From positions 1,696,001 to 1,760,000 of the forward strand of contig OZ250173.1 in NCBI GenBank assembly GCA_965238075.1: 64,000 nucleotides of DNA, read 5' to 3'. A model generated the notes under the pieces. The model saw only the letters and a list, made by a program, of their open reading frames with translations. It was not told the DNA's origin and ran no database searches. Both the position numbers and the translations under genes were made by a program. This DNA comes from Candidatus Entotheonellaceae bacterium. Its GTDB lineage: Bacteria > Tectomicrobia > Entotheonellia > Entotheonellales > Entotheonellaceae. Shown piece by piece: positions 47,690 to 58,142 of this stretch. Position 1 is the first letter of the stretch. The number at the start of each line of letters is the position of its first letter.

Positions 47690-48895
47690 ATGGCCACGAC
47701 GCATCTTGACTATGCCAGTCTGTTCGCCAAAAACGCACCCGAAGGGGCAACATCTTGGGGTGGATTTCCGACCTACAACTTCGTCGGCGGCCATAACAAC
47801 CCCGAGACGATGCCCGTTGAAGACTTCGTCGAATCCTCCGCCCGCGTGTTGAGGCAGGAAGGCCAAAACCTGGCGACCTACAACATGGAAAGCGGCCCCC
47901 AAGGCTACACCGGGCTGCGCGGATTCCTCGTTGAGAAACTGGCCCACTATCGCGGCCTGCGGGCGCCCGATGAAAATATCCTGATCACATCGGGCTCCAA
48001 CCAGGGCATCGAGCTCATCAACGAAGTCCTGCTGGAACCCGGCGACACCGTGATCGCCGAGCTCTTCACGTATCAAGGCGTGGTGGGCCGGTGGCGCAAG
48101 CTGCAGGTGAACGTGGTCGGCATTCCGCTGGACGAAGACGGCATGCGCATGGACGCCTTGGCCTCAACGCTCGCTGATCTTCGCAGCAACGGCGTCAAGC
48201 CCAAATTCATCTACACCATTCCCACCCTGCAAAACCCCACCGGCACGGTGCTCAGCCTGGAACGACGACACGAGATGCTGCGGCTCAGCCGGGAGTACGG
48301 GGTGCCGATCTTCGAGGATGAATGCTACGCCGATCTGATCTGGGAAGGCGAATGGCCGCCGGCCATCTGCGGTCTGGACGACAGCCACCACGTCCTGCAC
48401 ATCGGCTCCTTCTCCAAATCCCTGTCGCCCGCCCTGCGCCTTGGCTACGTCGTGGCGCCGTGGCAGGTGCTGAGCCGCATGCTGGCTTGCAAGACGGACG
48501 GCGGAACCGGCGCGCTGGGGCAAATGGTGGTGGCGGACTTTTTCCAGAACCACTACGAGGAGCACATGGACAAGTTGCGGACAAGCCTGAAGGTTCGATT
48601 GCAGACGCTGGCCGACGCCCTCGTCGAGCACTTCGGCTCGTCCGTCGAATTCCAGGCGCCGCGCGGCGGCATGTTCCTGTGGGTCAAGTTTCCGCCGGAG
48701 GTAGACACCCTGAAGTTGGCAGGTCCGGCGCTGGAGGCCGGTATTGCATACAATCCCGGGCCTGAGTGGGCCGTGGAACCCGACGCGGCACGCAACTACC
48801 TGCGGCTGTGTTACGCCCTGCCGTCCGAGCAGCTCATCAGGGATGGGATTGCCAAGCTGGCGCAAGTCTTCCGGCGGGAGGCGGGCATCCCCTGA
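47690..48895 (+). CDS. PLP-dependent aminotransferase (class I/II, 2-aminoadipate/MocR-domain-like)
   Basis: IYTIPTLQNPTG, GSFSK..PALRLG, GGMFLW. Confidence 0.9.
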   Translation: MATTHLDYASLFAKNAPEGATSWGGFPTYNFVGGHNNPETMPVEDFVESSARVLRQEGQNLATYNMESGPQGYTGLRGFLVEKLAHYRGLRAPDENILITSGSNQGIELINEVLLEPGDTVIAELFTYQGVVGRWRKLQVNVVGIPLDEDGMRMDALASTLADLRSNGVKPKFIYTIPTLQNPTGTVLSLERRHEMLRLSREYGVPIFEDECYADLIWEGEWPPAICGLDDSHHVLHIGSFSKSLSPALRLGYVVAPWQVLSRMLACKTDGGTGALGQMVVADFFQNHYEEHMDKLRTSLKVRLQTLADALVEHFGSSVEFQAPRGGMFLWVKFPPEVDTLKLAGPALEAGIAYNPGPEWAVEPDAARNYLRLCYALPSEQLIRDGIAKLAQVFRREAGIP

Positions 48896-48930
48896 CGGCG
48901 CCGGCGGCTTGCGCCGCGGGCCGTCCGACG

Positions 48931-49338
48931 CTATTCGTAGACCATCCATTCCAGTAGGTTGTCGTCCGGGTCGCGGGCATACAGGCTCAACGACGGCGCT
49001 TTGCCGCGACCGCGCCCACCCGAACGCGGCACCGGGCCTTCGATGATCGTGACGCCCGCTTCTTCCAACATGCGCTGGCAATCGGTCACGCTGCCTTCCC
49101 ACACGAAGCAAATGTCCGTGCAGCCGGGCACCGCCGTCGGCCCCCGCAGCCCGGCGGTAAACCCTTCGGGGTGCACGTTGATTTTCGACTCTCCCACCTG
49201 GAGCGAGAAAATCGGCATCGTGCCGGCCCGCCATTCCGCCTCATTGTTGATGGGAAAACCAAGGCCCTTGTAAAACGCGAGCAATGCCTCAGCGTCTGCT
49301 GTCGGCATGGCGATGTGATCGATTCCAACGGTTGCCAT
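48931..49338 (-). CDS. VOC/glyoxalase family protein
   Basis: IDH, EGPVPR.G, SLYARDPD.NL.E. Confidence 0.85.
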   Translation of the reverse strand: MATVGIDHIAMPTADAEALLAFYKGLGFPINNEAEWRAGTMPIFSLQVGESKINVHPEGFTAGLRGPTAVPGCTDICFVWEGSVTDCQRMLEEAGVTIIEGPVPRSGGRGRGKAPSLSLYARDPDDNLLEWMVYE

Positions 49339-49380
49339 TGCAATCCCCCCTTTGCTGTGTCGCCTGATCGATTGCAGGCG

Positions 49381-52300
49381 TTACGTCAGAGCCGCCAAAG
49401 CCGTTTCCACGTTGTTCATCTGTTCCTTACACGTCGCCAGGCGGTCGCGCTCTTTCTGCACGACCTCCGGGCTCGCTTTGCTGAGAAACTGCTCGTTCGC
49501 CAGCTTGCGCTGCGAGCCGGCGATGCGACCGCGAAGCTGATCCCGCTGTTTGGTCAGACGGTCGCGCTCCTTTGTCATGTCAATCACACCCGGGACATAA
49601 ACCTCAACACCGCCCACCACGGCGGTGGCGGCATCCGGGGTGCGTTGGATGTCGGGCGAGATGTCGACGGCGTCAAGGCGCGCCATGTTCATGAGCAGGT
49701 CGGTCACACCCCGCAGTATTTCAGCGTCGGCTTCATTAGCCCGAATATGGGCGGAAATCCTAGCCTGCGGCGGAATCGTATATTTGCTGCGCAAGTCACG
49801 AATGCCGCGTACGACTTCCTGCAGAAACGCGATACGCGCCTCGACAGCGGCGTTCCGCCAAGCCACTTCTGAGGTGGGCCAGGGCGCATGGATCAACAGC
49901 GGCGTGGCCGCCAACGGCTCGTCGATGCCACGCTGCGGCGCTTGCTCGTTGAGGGCTTCCCAAAGACGCTCGGTCAGGTACGGCACAAACGGGTGAAAGA
50001 GACGCAAAACCTGATCGATGGTCATCGCCAAGACCTGCTGGGCAACACCGGCCTGAGCAGCGTCGCGCAAGCGCGGCTTGATGAATTCGAGATACCAATC
50101 GCACAACTCGCCCCAGAAGAAATCCCGCGCTGCCCATAACGCGGCTGCCGGATTATAGGACGATAGGTGGCCGTGCACGGTCTCGACCGCGCGAGAAAGC
50201 CGCGACAGGATCCAGCGATCCTCGGCAGCGAGATCATCGATCTGCAAGGGCTGAAAGGCCGCATCGGTCAGATTCATGAGAGCAAAGCGCACGGCGTTCA
50301 AGAGCTTGTTGCAAAAATTGCGTCCTGCCTCGAAGCGCTCGCTCACCAGCTTGGCCGCCGGCACCTCGGGCATGGTGCCGAGCACGTCAAACTCCTTGCC
50401 CGTTGCCGGACACAGATAGGTAAAAATGCTCTGCCCGTGCTGCGCCGTGGCCAGGTCGATGAAGTCGCCCGTATACGGCGAGATCGCTTGCACCGGCAGG
50501 CGGATATCCTGCATGCCGGTCTGCATGTCGCACAGCACATAGCGCATGGCGTCGGCGCCGTAGCGTTCAATGATGTCCACGGGGTCGATGCCGTTGCCCT
50601 TGGACTTGCTCATCCGCTCGCCCTTGCCGTCCAGGATATTGGCGTGGATGAACACGTCGGTGAACGGCACGTCGCCCATGTTGTAAAGGCCCATGATCAC
50701 CATGCGGGCCACCCACAGGGTGATGATGTCGCGCCCGGTGACAAGGCATGAGCCGGGGTAGTAATAGGACAGGGTGTCGGGAAAGCCGTTCTGGCTTCGC
50801 ATGGGTGGCTGGCCGGCGTTGACCTCAGCGGTTTCCGGGTCGGGCCACCCGAGGGTGCTTTGCGGCCACAGACCGCTGGAAAACCAGGTATCGAGCACGT
50901 CCGGGTCCTGCGTCAGCCCCTGATCGGCGCATATCTGGACCAACGCCGTCTCAGCTTCGAGGTCTCGCAGGCAAGCCATGACTTCCACTTCGCTGCCCGC
51001 GGCGAAGGATTCGGGTAGGCCGCGTGCGTCGTCGGAAGTTTGCAGCACGACGTTCGCCCCGTTGGCATCGACTAGGCGCAAGCACAGGTCGCCCCGCTCG
51101 AGATGCGGCGTGAGGGCGCTCAAAACATCCTGCAGAGCGCTGCCCGTGAACGTGCCGGTCCACACCGGAATGCGATGCCCCCACCAAAGCTGGCGGCTGA
51201 TACACCAATCCCGCTTTTCGCCCAGCCATTGCAGATAGGTGTTGCCGTAGCGCACCGGGTCGGGGTGGAAGCTGACGTTGCGGCCGGTCGGCGAACGCCA
51301 GTCGCCCCCCGTTCGGGCCGGGGGCAGGCTCTGCGCCGCATCCATCGCCGCCTGCGCCAAGCCCGGCGCCGCAAAGGCGTTCGGCGTGCCGCGCCCACAG
51401 ACGATACCGCCGTCAACATCCCCCATTTTGACAAACCACTGTCTGGAGAGATAGGGCTCGATAGGTGTCTTGGAGCGGTCCGAGTGGCCGATCTCGATGT
51501 CGCGCGCCTCCCTGGCTTCTAGCAGATCGCGCGCCTGCAAATCCGCCGTCACGCGCTCGCGGGCCACGAAGCGGTCCAGCCCTCCGTAGGGCCCGGCATT
51601 GGCGTTCAGTGTGCCGTCTTCATTGAGGATATTGATGCGGTCGATCTCGTCCTGATGCCGCGTCCATACGTCATAGTCGTTCGGGTCGTGCGCCGGGGTG
51701 ATCTTCACGCAGCCGCTGCCGAGTTCGGGCTTGACCCACTCGTCGCAAATCAGCGGTATGGGACGGTCCAGCAGGGGCAGGCGCGCTTGGCGACCCTCCC
51801 GAGCCATACGAACCAGGGCGAGCAGCGTGGGCAGATGGCTCGCCTGCCGCTCTTCGAGTCGGGCCACCTCCTCCGCCAGAGCGGCTTGCTCGCGCGGCGG
51901 CGCCTGTTCCAGACGGCGCTGCGTCTCGGCGATGCGGGCCGCGAGAACGCCCGCCGGATCGGGATGACAGGCCACCGCGGTGTCGCCGAGCATGGTTTCC
52001 GGGCGCGTCGTGGCTACCACCACGTGGGTCGGCTCGCCCGGCTGCGGGTCCACGATCGGATACCGTAGATAGTAGAAATGGCCTTGCACGGCCTCGTAGA
52101 CGATCTCGTCATCGGCGACGGCCGTTTGCAGTTGACAGTCCCAATTGACCAGCCGATGACCGCGGAAAATCAGGCCGTCGCGGAACATCGCAAAGAACGT
52201 CCAGCGCACGGCATGCGCGCACACCGGGTCCATGGTGAAGCGCTGGCGGTCCCAGTCGCACGAGCAGCCCATGCTTTGCTGCTGTTGGACGATGCGTTTC

Positions 52301-52677
52301 TGGTACTGGTCTTTCCAATCCCAAATGCGTTTTTCCAGCCCGGCGCGCCCCACGTCGTGGCGCGTCTTGCCCTCCAGTTCCAGGAGACGTTTCTCCACGA
52401 CAGCCTGGGTTGCGATGCCAGCGTGATCGGTGCCGGGCATCCACAGCGTGTTGTCGCCCATCATGCGGTGCCAGCGAGTCAGCAGATCCTGCATGACGTT
52501 GTCCATGGCATGACCCATGTGCAGGGCGCCGGTGACGTTGGGCAACGGCATCATGATGACGTAAGGATTCGCGTTGTCATCCGGGAACGCTGCAAACGCC
52601 TTAGCATTCTGCCAGCGGTCGAAGATACGCTTTTCGATCTCGGCGGGCTCGTATTGCTTGGGTAGCTCACTGGGCAT
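49381..52677 (-). CDS. valS: Valyl-tRNA synthetase (long form with insertions)
   Basis: PNVTG.LHMGH, GTDHAGIATQ, DWCISRQLWWGH, RMSKS, C-terminal coiled coil. Confidence 0.97.
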   Translation of the reverse strand: MPSELPKQYEPAEIEKRIFDRWQNAKAFAAFPDDNANPYVIMMPLPNVTGALHMGHAMDNVMQDLLTRWHRMMGDNTLWMPGTDHAGIATQAVVEKRLLELEGKTRHDVGRAGLEKRIWDWKDQYQKRIVQQQQSMGCSCDWDRQRFTMDPVCAHAVRWTFFAMFRDGLIFRGHRLVNWDCQLQTAVADDEIVYEAVQGHFYYLRYPIVDPQPGEPTHVVVATTRPETMLGDTAVACHPDPAGVLAARIAETQRRLEQAPPREQAALAEEVARLEERQASHLPTLLALVRMAREGRQARLPLLDRPIPLICDEWVKPELGSGCVKITPAHDPNDYDVWTRHQDEIDRINILNEDGTLNANAGPYGGLDRFVARERVTADLQARDLLEAREARDIEIGHSDRSKTPIEPYLSRQWFVKMGDVDGGIVCGRGTPNAFAAPGLAQAAMDAAQSLPPARTGGDWRSPTGRNVSFHPDPVRYGNTYLQWLGEKRDWCISRQLWWGHRIPVWTGTFTGSALQDVLSALTPHLERGDLCLRLVDANGANVVLQTSDDARGLPESFAAGSEVEVMACLRDLEAETALVQICADQGLTQDPDVLDTWFSSGLWPQSTLGWPDPETAEVNAGQPPMRSQNGFPDTLSYYYPGSCLVTGRDIITLWVARMVIMGLYNMGDVPFTDVFIHANILDGKGERMSKSKGNGIDPVDIIERYGADAMRYVLCDMQTGMQDIRLPVQAISPYTGDFIDLATAQHGQSIFTYLCPATGKEFDVLGTMPEVPAAKLVSERFEAGRNFCNKLLNAVRFALMNLTDAAFQPLQIDDLAAEDRWILSRLSRAVETVHGHLSSYNPAAALWAARDFFWGELCDWYLEFIKPRLRDAAQAGVAQQVLAMTIDQVLRLFHPFVPYLTERLWEALNEQAPQRGIDEPLAATPLLIHAPWPTSEVAWRNAAVEARIAFLQEVVRGIRDLRSKYTIPPQARISAHIRANEADAEILRGVTDLLMNMARLDAVDISPDIQRTPDAATAVVGGVEVYVPGVIDMTKERDRLTKQRDQLRGRIAGSQRKLANEQFLSKASPEVVQKERDRLATCKEQMNNVETALAALT
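51308..51331 (+). repeat. Family A 24-nt element, in frame inside valS
   Basis: CCCGTTCGGGCCGGGGGCAGGCTC; adds SLPPARTG. Confidence 0.85.
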
Positions 52678-52728
52678 GGAACCGCCTTCCTTGAGGTTGG
52701 AAACCGTAGTGGAGCTTGGCTTGATCAC

Positions 52729-52851
52729 CCGCTGGCGGTCGCCGGCGAGTCCTGTCGGGGCTGGAAAGCCGGGGTATTCTAGCCCTGCCGAAACGAGCAC
52801 GCAACTCACCGGAGCCTCCCGGGACGGCGTTAATGGCGCCTTTGCCAGCGG
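52729..52851. ncRNA. Candidate structured RNA upstream of valS
   Basis: Nested stems CCGCTGGC/GCCAGCGG, CCGGCGAGT/ACTCACCGG, GGGCTGGAA/TTCTAGCCC. Confidence 0.4.
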
Positions 52852-52979
52852 CTTGCAGTGGAAATATGAATATGCAACACTTGTCGCTTAGTTTTACATT
52901 TTGATCAGTACACAACCCCTTCGATTATAGGCGCTTTGGCGTCGAATCGCTGTGGGGTGTGATTTCGCCGAACGTCGAA

Positions 52980-53054
52980 GGTGGGCGTAGCTCAGCTTGG
53001 TAGAGCACTGGATTGTGGCTCCAGTGGTCGTGGGTTCAAATCCCATCGCTCACC
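52980..53054 (+). tRNA. tRNA-His(GTG)
   Basis: Cloverleaf, anticodon arm CTGGA-TTGTGGC-TCCAG, G-1 present. Confidence 0.95.
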
Positions 53055-53157
53055 TTCAACCAGCGTACTTTGCTCCTCAAGGCGTGCCGCGAAGGCGTAT
53101 TGGCGGGGTCGGGTCGCATTGCGGGATGCGGTGCCCAGCGAGTCGGAAACAAGAACT

Positions 53158-53230
53158 GGGCCGCTAGCTCAATTGGTAGAGCAACGGACTCTTAATCCGT
53201 CGGTTGAAGGTTCGATTCCTTCGCGGCTCA
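53158..53230 (+). tRNA. tRNA-Lys(CTT)
   Basis: Anticodon arm ACGGA-CTCTTAA-TCCGT, GTTCGA T loop. Confidence 0.95.
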
Positions 53231-53235
53231 TTATC

Positions 53236-53319
53236 GGCTGCCTGGTGAAATTGGTAGACACGCTGGCCTTAGGAGCCAGTACCCTCACAGGTGTCCGAGT
53301 TCGAGTCTCGGGGCAGCCA
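53236..53319 (+). tRNA. tRNA-Leu(TAG)
   Basis: CTGGC-CTTAGGA-GCCAG, long variable arm; classic position before tig. Confidence 0.93.
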
Positions 53320-53371
53320 TTCCAAGACACCCGCGCAGAGAGGGCAAGCGCGTCATTGGGAATAGCCAGCG

Positions 53372-54706
53372 ATGAAAGTTGAAGTCGAGCAAACAAACCC
53401 TTGCGAACGGCGTTTAACGATCGAAATGCCGGTGGAGCGGGTGCAACGGGAGATGAACGCGATCTACGGGGGCCTTCAGAAGCGTGTCAAAGTCCCAGGA
53501 TTTCGGCAGGGCAAGGTCCCCCGATCCATATTGGAAAACCACTATCACCACAGCGTGGAACAGGAAATCCTGCAGAAGCTGATTCCCGAAGCGCTTTCCG
53601 AGGCCATGACGCAAGAAAACTTGCAGGCGGTTAGCGAGCCGCAGATCGACCATGTCGACTTGGCCAAAGATCGCCCCTTCCAGTTCGTGGCAACCACGCA
53701 AATTATCCCCGAAATTGTGCTGTCCGATTACAGTTCCTGGACCTTCACCCGGCACGTCCCGCCCGTTACGGATGAGCAACTCGAACAAGCGATGCAGCAG
53801 TTGCGCGAGCGCCATGCGGAGTTGCGCACGGTGAGCGGACGGGCTGTGCACGAGCACGACTTTGTCATTGCTGACTATCAGGGCACTTTTGAGGGCACTG
53901 ACATTCCCGCCATACACGGCACCAATGCGACGCTGGAAGTAGGCGCCGGGCAGGTGCTGCCGGAGATCGAGCAAGGGGTTGTCGGGATGATGGAAGGCGA
54001 AGAAAAGAACATCCCGATTACGCTTCCTGAAGACTACCGCGACGCCGCCTTGGCGGGCAGAATCATTGAAATTCGCCTCACGGCGGTTGAGCTCAAAGAG
54101 AAAGTCTTGCCGAACCTGGATGACGAATTTGCGCGTGCCTACGAAGACGCCGACTCGTTGGACTTCTTGCGAGAGCGTCTGCGGTCCGATGTCGAAGCCG
54201 CCATCGGCGAGCGCGCCGACGCCGAGGTGCGGGCGGACATTCTCAAACGGTTGGTGGACGAGAACACGTTTGAAGTGCCGGAGGTTCTCGTGCATGACCA
54301 GATGCGCCGTGCCTATCTGCAAGGAATACGCGCCGTGAAGGGCGGCCAATTGGACGAGGCCGATTTCAACGTAGACGTGGCGGCTATGGATGAAACGTTT
54401 AGCACGCAGGCGCGCGAGATGGTGCGCGGGCAGTTGATTTTGCGGCATATTGGTGCCCAGGCTGGCATAACTGTCACACCGGAAGAAGTGGATGCCGAGA
54501 TTGCCAGATTGGCAAACCGCATGGCACAAAATCCAGAGGCCCTGAAGCAGACGCTGCAGCGTAATGGCACTCTGGTCGGTATCGAAAATGGTCTGCAGGA
54601 CGACAAAATCTTCGCGTCCATCCTGGCCGATGTGCAGGTGTCCGACAGCGCCGCCGAACGGGCAACCACGACGGAAACGTCAGCGGTGTCGCCGTCCGAG
54701 GCCTAG
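53372..54706 (+). CDS. tig: Trigger factor
   Basis: [13 protein letters not shown]-like domain, LDDEFA. Confidence 0.95.
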   Translation: MKVEVEQTNPCERRLTIEMPVERVQREMNAIYGGLQKRVKVPGFRQGKVPRSILENHYHHSVEQEILQKLIPEALSEAMTQENLQAVSEPQIDHVDLAKDRPFQFVATTQIIPEIVLSDYSSWTFTRHVPPVTDEQLEQAMQQLRERHAELRTVSGRAVHEHDFVIADYQGTFEGTDIPAIHGTNATLEVGAGQVLPEIEQGVVGMMEGEEKNIPITLPEDYRDAALAGRIIEIRLTAVELKEKVLPNLDDEFARAYEDADSLDFLRERLRSDVEAAIGERADAEVRADILKRLVDENTFEVPEVLVHDQMRRAYLQGIRAVKGGQLDEADFNVDVAAMDETFSTQAREMVRGQLILRHIGAQAGITVTPEEVDAEIARLANRMAQNPEALKQTLQRNGTLVGIENGLQDDKIFASILADVQVSDSAAERATTTETSAVSPSEA

Positions 54707-54749
54707 CCGACGCGGGAACGGCGCAAATGGAGGAGGCAAAGGAAGTAAC

Positions 54750-55388
54750 ATGGCGTTGATACCAATGGTAGTCGAACAGACCAATCGCGGCGAGCGAGCG
54801 TATGACATTTACTCGCGGCTTCTCAAGGATCGCATCATTTTCATTGGCTCACCGATTAGTGATGCAATCGCGAATCTCATCATTGCGCAGTTGCTCTTTC
54901 TGGAAGCAGATGATCCCGACCAAGACATCGCCTTTTACATCAACAGCCCCGGGGGTTCGGTCACGGCGGGTTTGGCAATCTACGATACCATGCAATACAT
55001 CCGCCCCGATGTATCCACCATTTGCATCGGCATGGCGGCGAGTGCTGCAGCCCTGCTGCTAACGGCCGGATGCACCGGCAAGCGGTATGCCCTGCCGCAT
55101 TCGACCGTCATGATTCACCAGCCCATGGGAGGCATGCAGGGTCAGGCCACCGACATTGAGATCCATGCCCGCGAAATTCTCCGTGTCCGCAGTGTGCTCA
55201 ACGACATTCTGGTACGCCATACGGGACAGCCGCAGAGCAAGATTGAAGAGGATACCGACAGGGATCGCTTTATGACGCCGGACGAGGCGCGGACCTATGG
55301 GCTCATTGACGAAGTGATCGTAGCGCGCAACGGCAAGGCGGTAGCGCTGCCCGATGGGGCGGCGGATAATTCGGACTCGGAGTCCTAG
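54750..55388 (+). CDS. clpP: ClpP protease
   Basis: [24 protein letters not shown]. Confidence 0.98.
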   Translation: MALIPMVVEQTNRGERAYDIYSRLLKDRIIFIGSPISDAIANLIIAQLLFLEADDPDQDIAFYINSPGGSVTAGLAIYDTMQYIRPDVSTICIGMAASAAALLLTAGCTGKRYALPHSTVMIHQPMGGMQGQATDIEIHAREILRVRSVLNDILVRHTGQPQSKIEEDTDRDRFMTPDEARTYGLIDEVIVARNGKAVALPDGAADNSDSES

Positions 55389-55428
55389 AGGTCGGTTGCA
55401 CGATATTCCATGACATTGGAGGGCACTG

Positions 55429-56667
55429 ATGTCACGCAAAAACCCGCAGGGTGACAAGCTGCGGTGCTCGTTTTGTGGCAAGAACGAGGACGAGGTGAGG
55501 CGGCTCATCGCTGGCCCGACCGTGTATATCTGCGACGAATGCATTGATCTCTGCAACGACATCATTCTCGAAGAAGGGGCAAACGAAAAGGCCGCGATTA
55601 TGCAGCGCTTGCTGACCCCCAAGGAGATCAACCAGCGGCTCGACGAATACATCATCGGCCAGGTGCATGCCAAGAAAGTGCTTTCGGTGGCGGTGTACAA
55701 CCACTACAAGCGCATCGAGGCGAACGCGAGTTCGGATGACATTGAGTTGCAGAAAAGCAACGTGCTGCTCATCGGCCCGACCGGTTCCGGCAAGACGTTG
55801 TTGGCGCAAACGCTGGCCCGCATTCTGGATGTGCCGTTCACCATTGCGGATGCCACCACGTTGACCGAAGCGGGCTACGTGGGGGAAGACGTCGAGAACA
55901 TTATCCTGCGCTTGTTGCAGGCAGCCGATTACGACGTGGAGCGCGCCGAGCGGGGCATTATCTATATAGACGAGATCGACAAGATCAGCCGCAAGGCTGA
56001 AAACCCCTCCATCACGCGTGATGTCTCCGGCGAGGGCGTGCAACAGGCCCTGTTGAAGATCATTGAAGGCACCGTAGCCAGCGTGCCCCCGCAGGGTGGC
56101 CGCAAACACCCGCATCAGGAATTTCTGCAGGTCGATACCACGAATATCCTTTTTGTCTGCGGCGGCGCGTTTCACGGGCTGGAGAAGATCATTGAGCAGC
56201 GCATGAGCAAACGCACCATGGGGTTTGAAGCCCAGCTTTACTCCAGGAATGACGAACCGCTGGGTGAAATCCTGTCGCGCGTGCAGCCCGAGGACCTACT
56301 CAAGAATGGTCTCATCCCGGAATTCGTGGGCCGCCTACCCATCGTGGCGACGCTTGAGGAACTCACCGAGGACGACTTCGTGTGTATCCTCACGACCCCT
56401 AAGAACGCTCTTGTCCGGCAATATCAGAAGTGTTTCGATTTTGAAAAGGTGGCCCTCACGTTTACCGACGACGCGCTCCGGGCTATCGCCCAAGAGGCGT
56501 TGCACCGCAAGACCGGCGCCCGCGGACTGCGGTCGATCCTGGAAGAAGTGATGCTCGATACGATGTATGAACTGCCTTCCCGACACGACATTCAGGAGTG
56601 CACGATCACCCGCGACGTGGTCACGAAACGCCAGCAGCCGGCGCTATTTTTCAAGCAAGCCAGCTAG
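55429..56667 (+). CDS. clpX: ClpX ATPase
   Basis: CSFCGK zinc finger, [18 protein letters not shown]. Confidence 0.98.
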   Translation: MSRKNPQGDKLRCSFCGKNEDEVRRLIAGPTVYICDECIDLCNDIILEEGANEKAAIMQRLLTPKEINQRLDEYIIGQVHAKKVLSVAVYNHYKRIEANASSDDIELQKSNVLLIGPTGSGKTLLAQTLARILDVPFTIADATTLTEAGYVGEDVENIILRLLQAADYDVERAERGIIYIDEIDKISRKAENPSITRDVSGEGVQQALLKIIEGTVASVPPQGGRKHPHQEFLQVDTTNILFVCGGAFHGLEKIIEQRMSKRTMGFEAQLYSRNDEPLGEILSRVQPEDLLKNGLIPEFVGRLPIVATLEELTEDDFVCILTTPKNALVRQYQKCFDFEKVALTFTDDALRAIAQEALHRKTGARGLRSILEEVMLDTMYELPSRHDIQECTITRDVVTKRQQPALFFKQAS

Positions 56668-56699
56668 CTTGCAACCCTTTGCGGGCGCCATGTTTTCGC

Positions 56700-56728
56700 T
56701 TGACAAGCGTTTTTTCCAACGGTACTCT
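56700..56728 (+). promoter_or_regulatory. Sigma70-type promoter for tRNA-Val/infC
   Basis: TTGACA-17 bp-TACTCT. Confidence 0.75.
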
Positions 56729-56746
56729 CAGCTCCGTTTTTTTCAT

Positions 56747-56818
56747 AGGCACGTAGCTCAGGGGGAGAGCGCTTGCTTGACGCGCAAGAGGTCGGCGGTT
56801 CAAGACCGCCCGTGCCTA
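56747..56818 (+). tRNA. tRNA-Val(GAC)
   Basis: CTTGC-TTGACGC-GCAAG anticodon arm; AGGCACG/CGTGCCT acceptor stem. Confidence 0.93.
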
Positions 56819-56954
56819 TTCCGAACCATACGGTTTCCAAACAGTGCGCATCGCAAAGAGGGTGAAGATGCGTTTGAAGGGGTCGCGGGCTGGCTAGGCA
56901 GGTGTGCAGAGGCACCTTCTCAATTATGTACTTTGGTCTTAGGAGTAGGTCACT

Positions 56955-57467
56955 ATATCTAAGCAGCAACGTATTAATAGGATGATTCGGGTTCCGGAGG
57001 TTCGCGTCATCGGTCAGGAAGGTGCCCAATTGGGTATCATATTGACGTCGGACGCTTTGCAGATGGCTGAAGAGCAAGGCTTGGATCTGGTCGAAGTCGC
57101 CCCGAACGAAAAGCCGCCTGTCTGCCGAATCATGGATTACGGCAAGTACAAATACCAGCAAAGTAAACGCCTCCAGCAGGCCAAGAAAAAGCAAAAGGTC
57201 ATTCTTGTAAAAGAAATCAAGTTGCGGCCGAAGACTGAAGAGCATGACTATAACTTCAAAAGCCAACACGTACGGCGTTTTCTTCAGGACGGGCACAAGG
57301 CGAAAGTCACCATCGTTTTTCGGGGCCGCGAGATGGCCCATACCGAGTTGGGCCGGCGCATACTGGACCGCATGGCCGGAGAATTGGAAGACGTAAGCAC
57401 CATCGAGCAAACACCCAAGCAGGAAGGCCGCAGTCTGGCGATGGTTCTGAGCCCGCGGTCGTCCTGA
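56955..57467 (+). CDS. infC: Translation initiation factor IF-3 (likely ATA start)
   Basis: LDLVEV..PPVCRIMDYGK; AGGAG at 56941 followed by in-frame ATA. Confidence 0.95.
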   Translation: MSKQQRINRMIRVPEVRVIGQEGAQLGIILTSDALQMAEEQGLDLVEVAPNEKPPVCRIMDYGKYKYQQSKRLQQAKKKQKVILVKEIKLRPKTEEHDYNFKSQHVRRFLQDGHKAKVTIVFRGREMAHTELGRRILDRMAGELEDVSTIEQTPKQEGRSLAMVLSPRSS

Positions 57468-57499
57468 GTTCTTAATGGTGTTTTTTGAGGGATGAGTTA

Positions 57500-57694
57500 A
57501 TGCCAAAGATGAAGAGTAATCGAAGCGCCAGAAAACGCTTCTCTTTCACCTCGCAGGGTAATATACGACGCGCTCACGCCTTTAAGCGGCACAAACTGGC
57601 CATAAAGACGCGCAAACGCAAACGTGGCCTGCGTCAATCCACCCTGGTATCCGCTGCCGACAGCCGGCGTATGAAACGCCTCCTTCTCGTTTGA
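57500..57694 (+). CDS. rpmI: 50S ribosomal protein L35
   Basis: MPKMK..KRF motif; synteny. Confidence 0.95.
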   Translation: MPKMKSNRSARKRFSFTSQGNIRRAHAFKRHKLAIKTRKRKRGLRQSTLVSAADSRRMKRLLLV

Positions 57695-57728
57695 GTTTCC
57701 TTCACCGTCACAAGACAGGAAAAGAATC

Positions 57729-58085
57729 ATGCCACGAGCAACGAGTGGTTCAGTCACGCATCGGCGCCATAAGCGTATGTTGCAACACGCAAAGGGCAAC
57801 CGGGGCGGTCGTGGTAATTTGTACCGGCGAGCTCGCGAGACAGTCGAACGCGGTTGGAAGTTTGCGTATCGTGACCGCAAGGCCCGCAAGAGAGATTTTC
57901 GCCGGTTGTGGATTATCCGTATCAATGCCGCAGCACGCATGCACGGGTTGACCTACAGCAGGTTCATGTCAGGTCTCAAGCTGGCCAATGTCGATCTCGA
58001 CCGCCGGGTATTGGCATCAGTGGCCATGCACGAGCCTGAAGCGTTTGCCGAAGTGGCGGCGCTTGCCAAAAAACACCTGTCCTGA
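57729..58085 (+). CDS. rplT: 50S ribosomal protein L20
   Basis: AYRDRK..KRDFRRLWI.RINAAAR. Confidence 0.97.
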   Translation: MPRATSGSVTHRRHKRMLQHAKGNRGGRGNLYRRARETVERGWKFAYRDRKARKRDFRRLWIIRINAAARMHGLTYSRFMSGLKLANVDLDRRVLASVAMHEPEAFAEVAALAKKHLS

Positions 58086-58142
58086 GGGACAAAGGCTTGC
58101 CGAATCACAAAGCGCCGGCTTTGTGACGCTTGAGGCCCCTGG

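Noticed and set aside
52680-52860. T-box riboswitch before valS
   Set aside because: No GGTGGNACC antiterminator or recognisable specifier loop
52981-53396. ORFs across the tRNA cluster
   Set aside because: Region is explained by three tRNA genes
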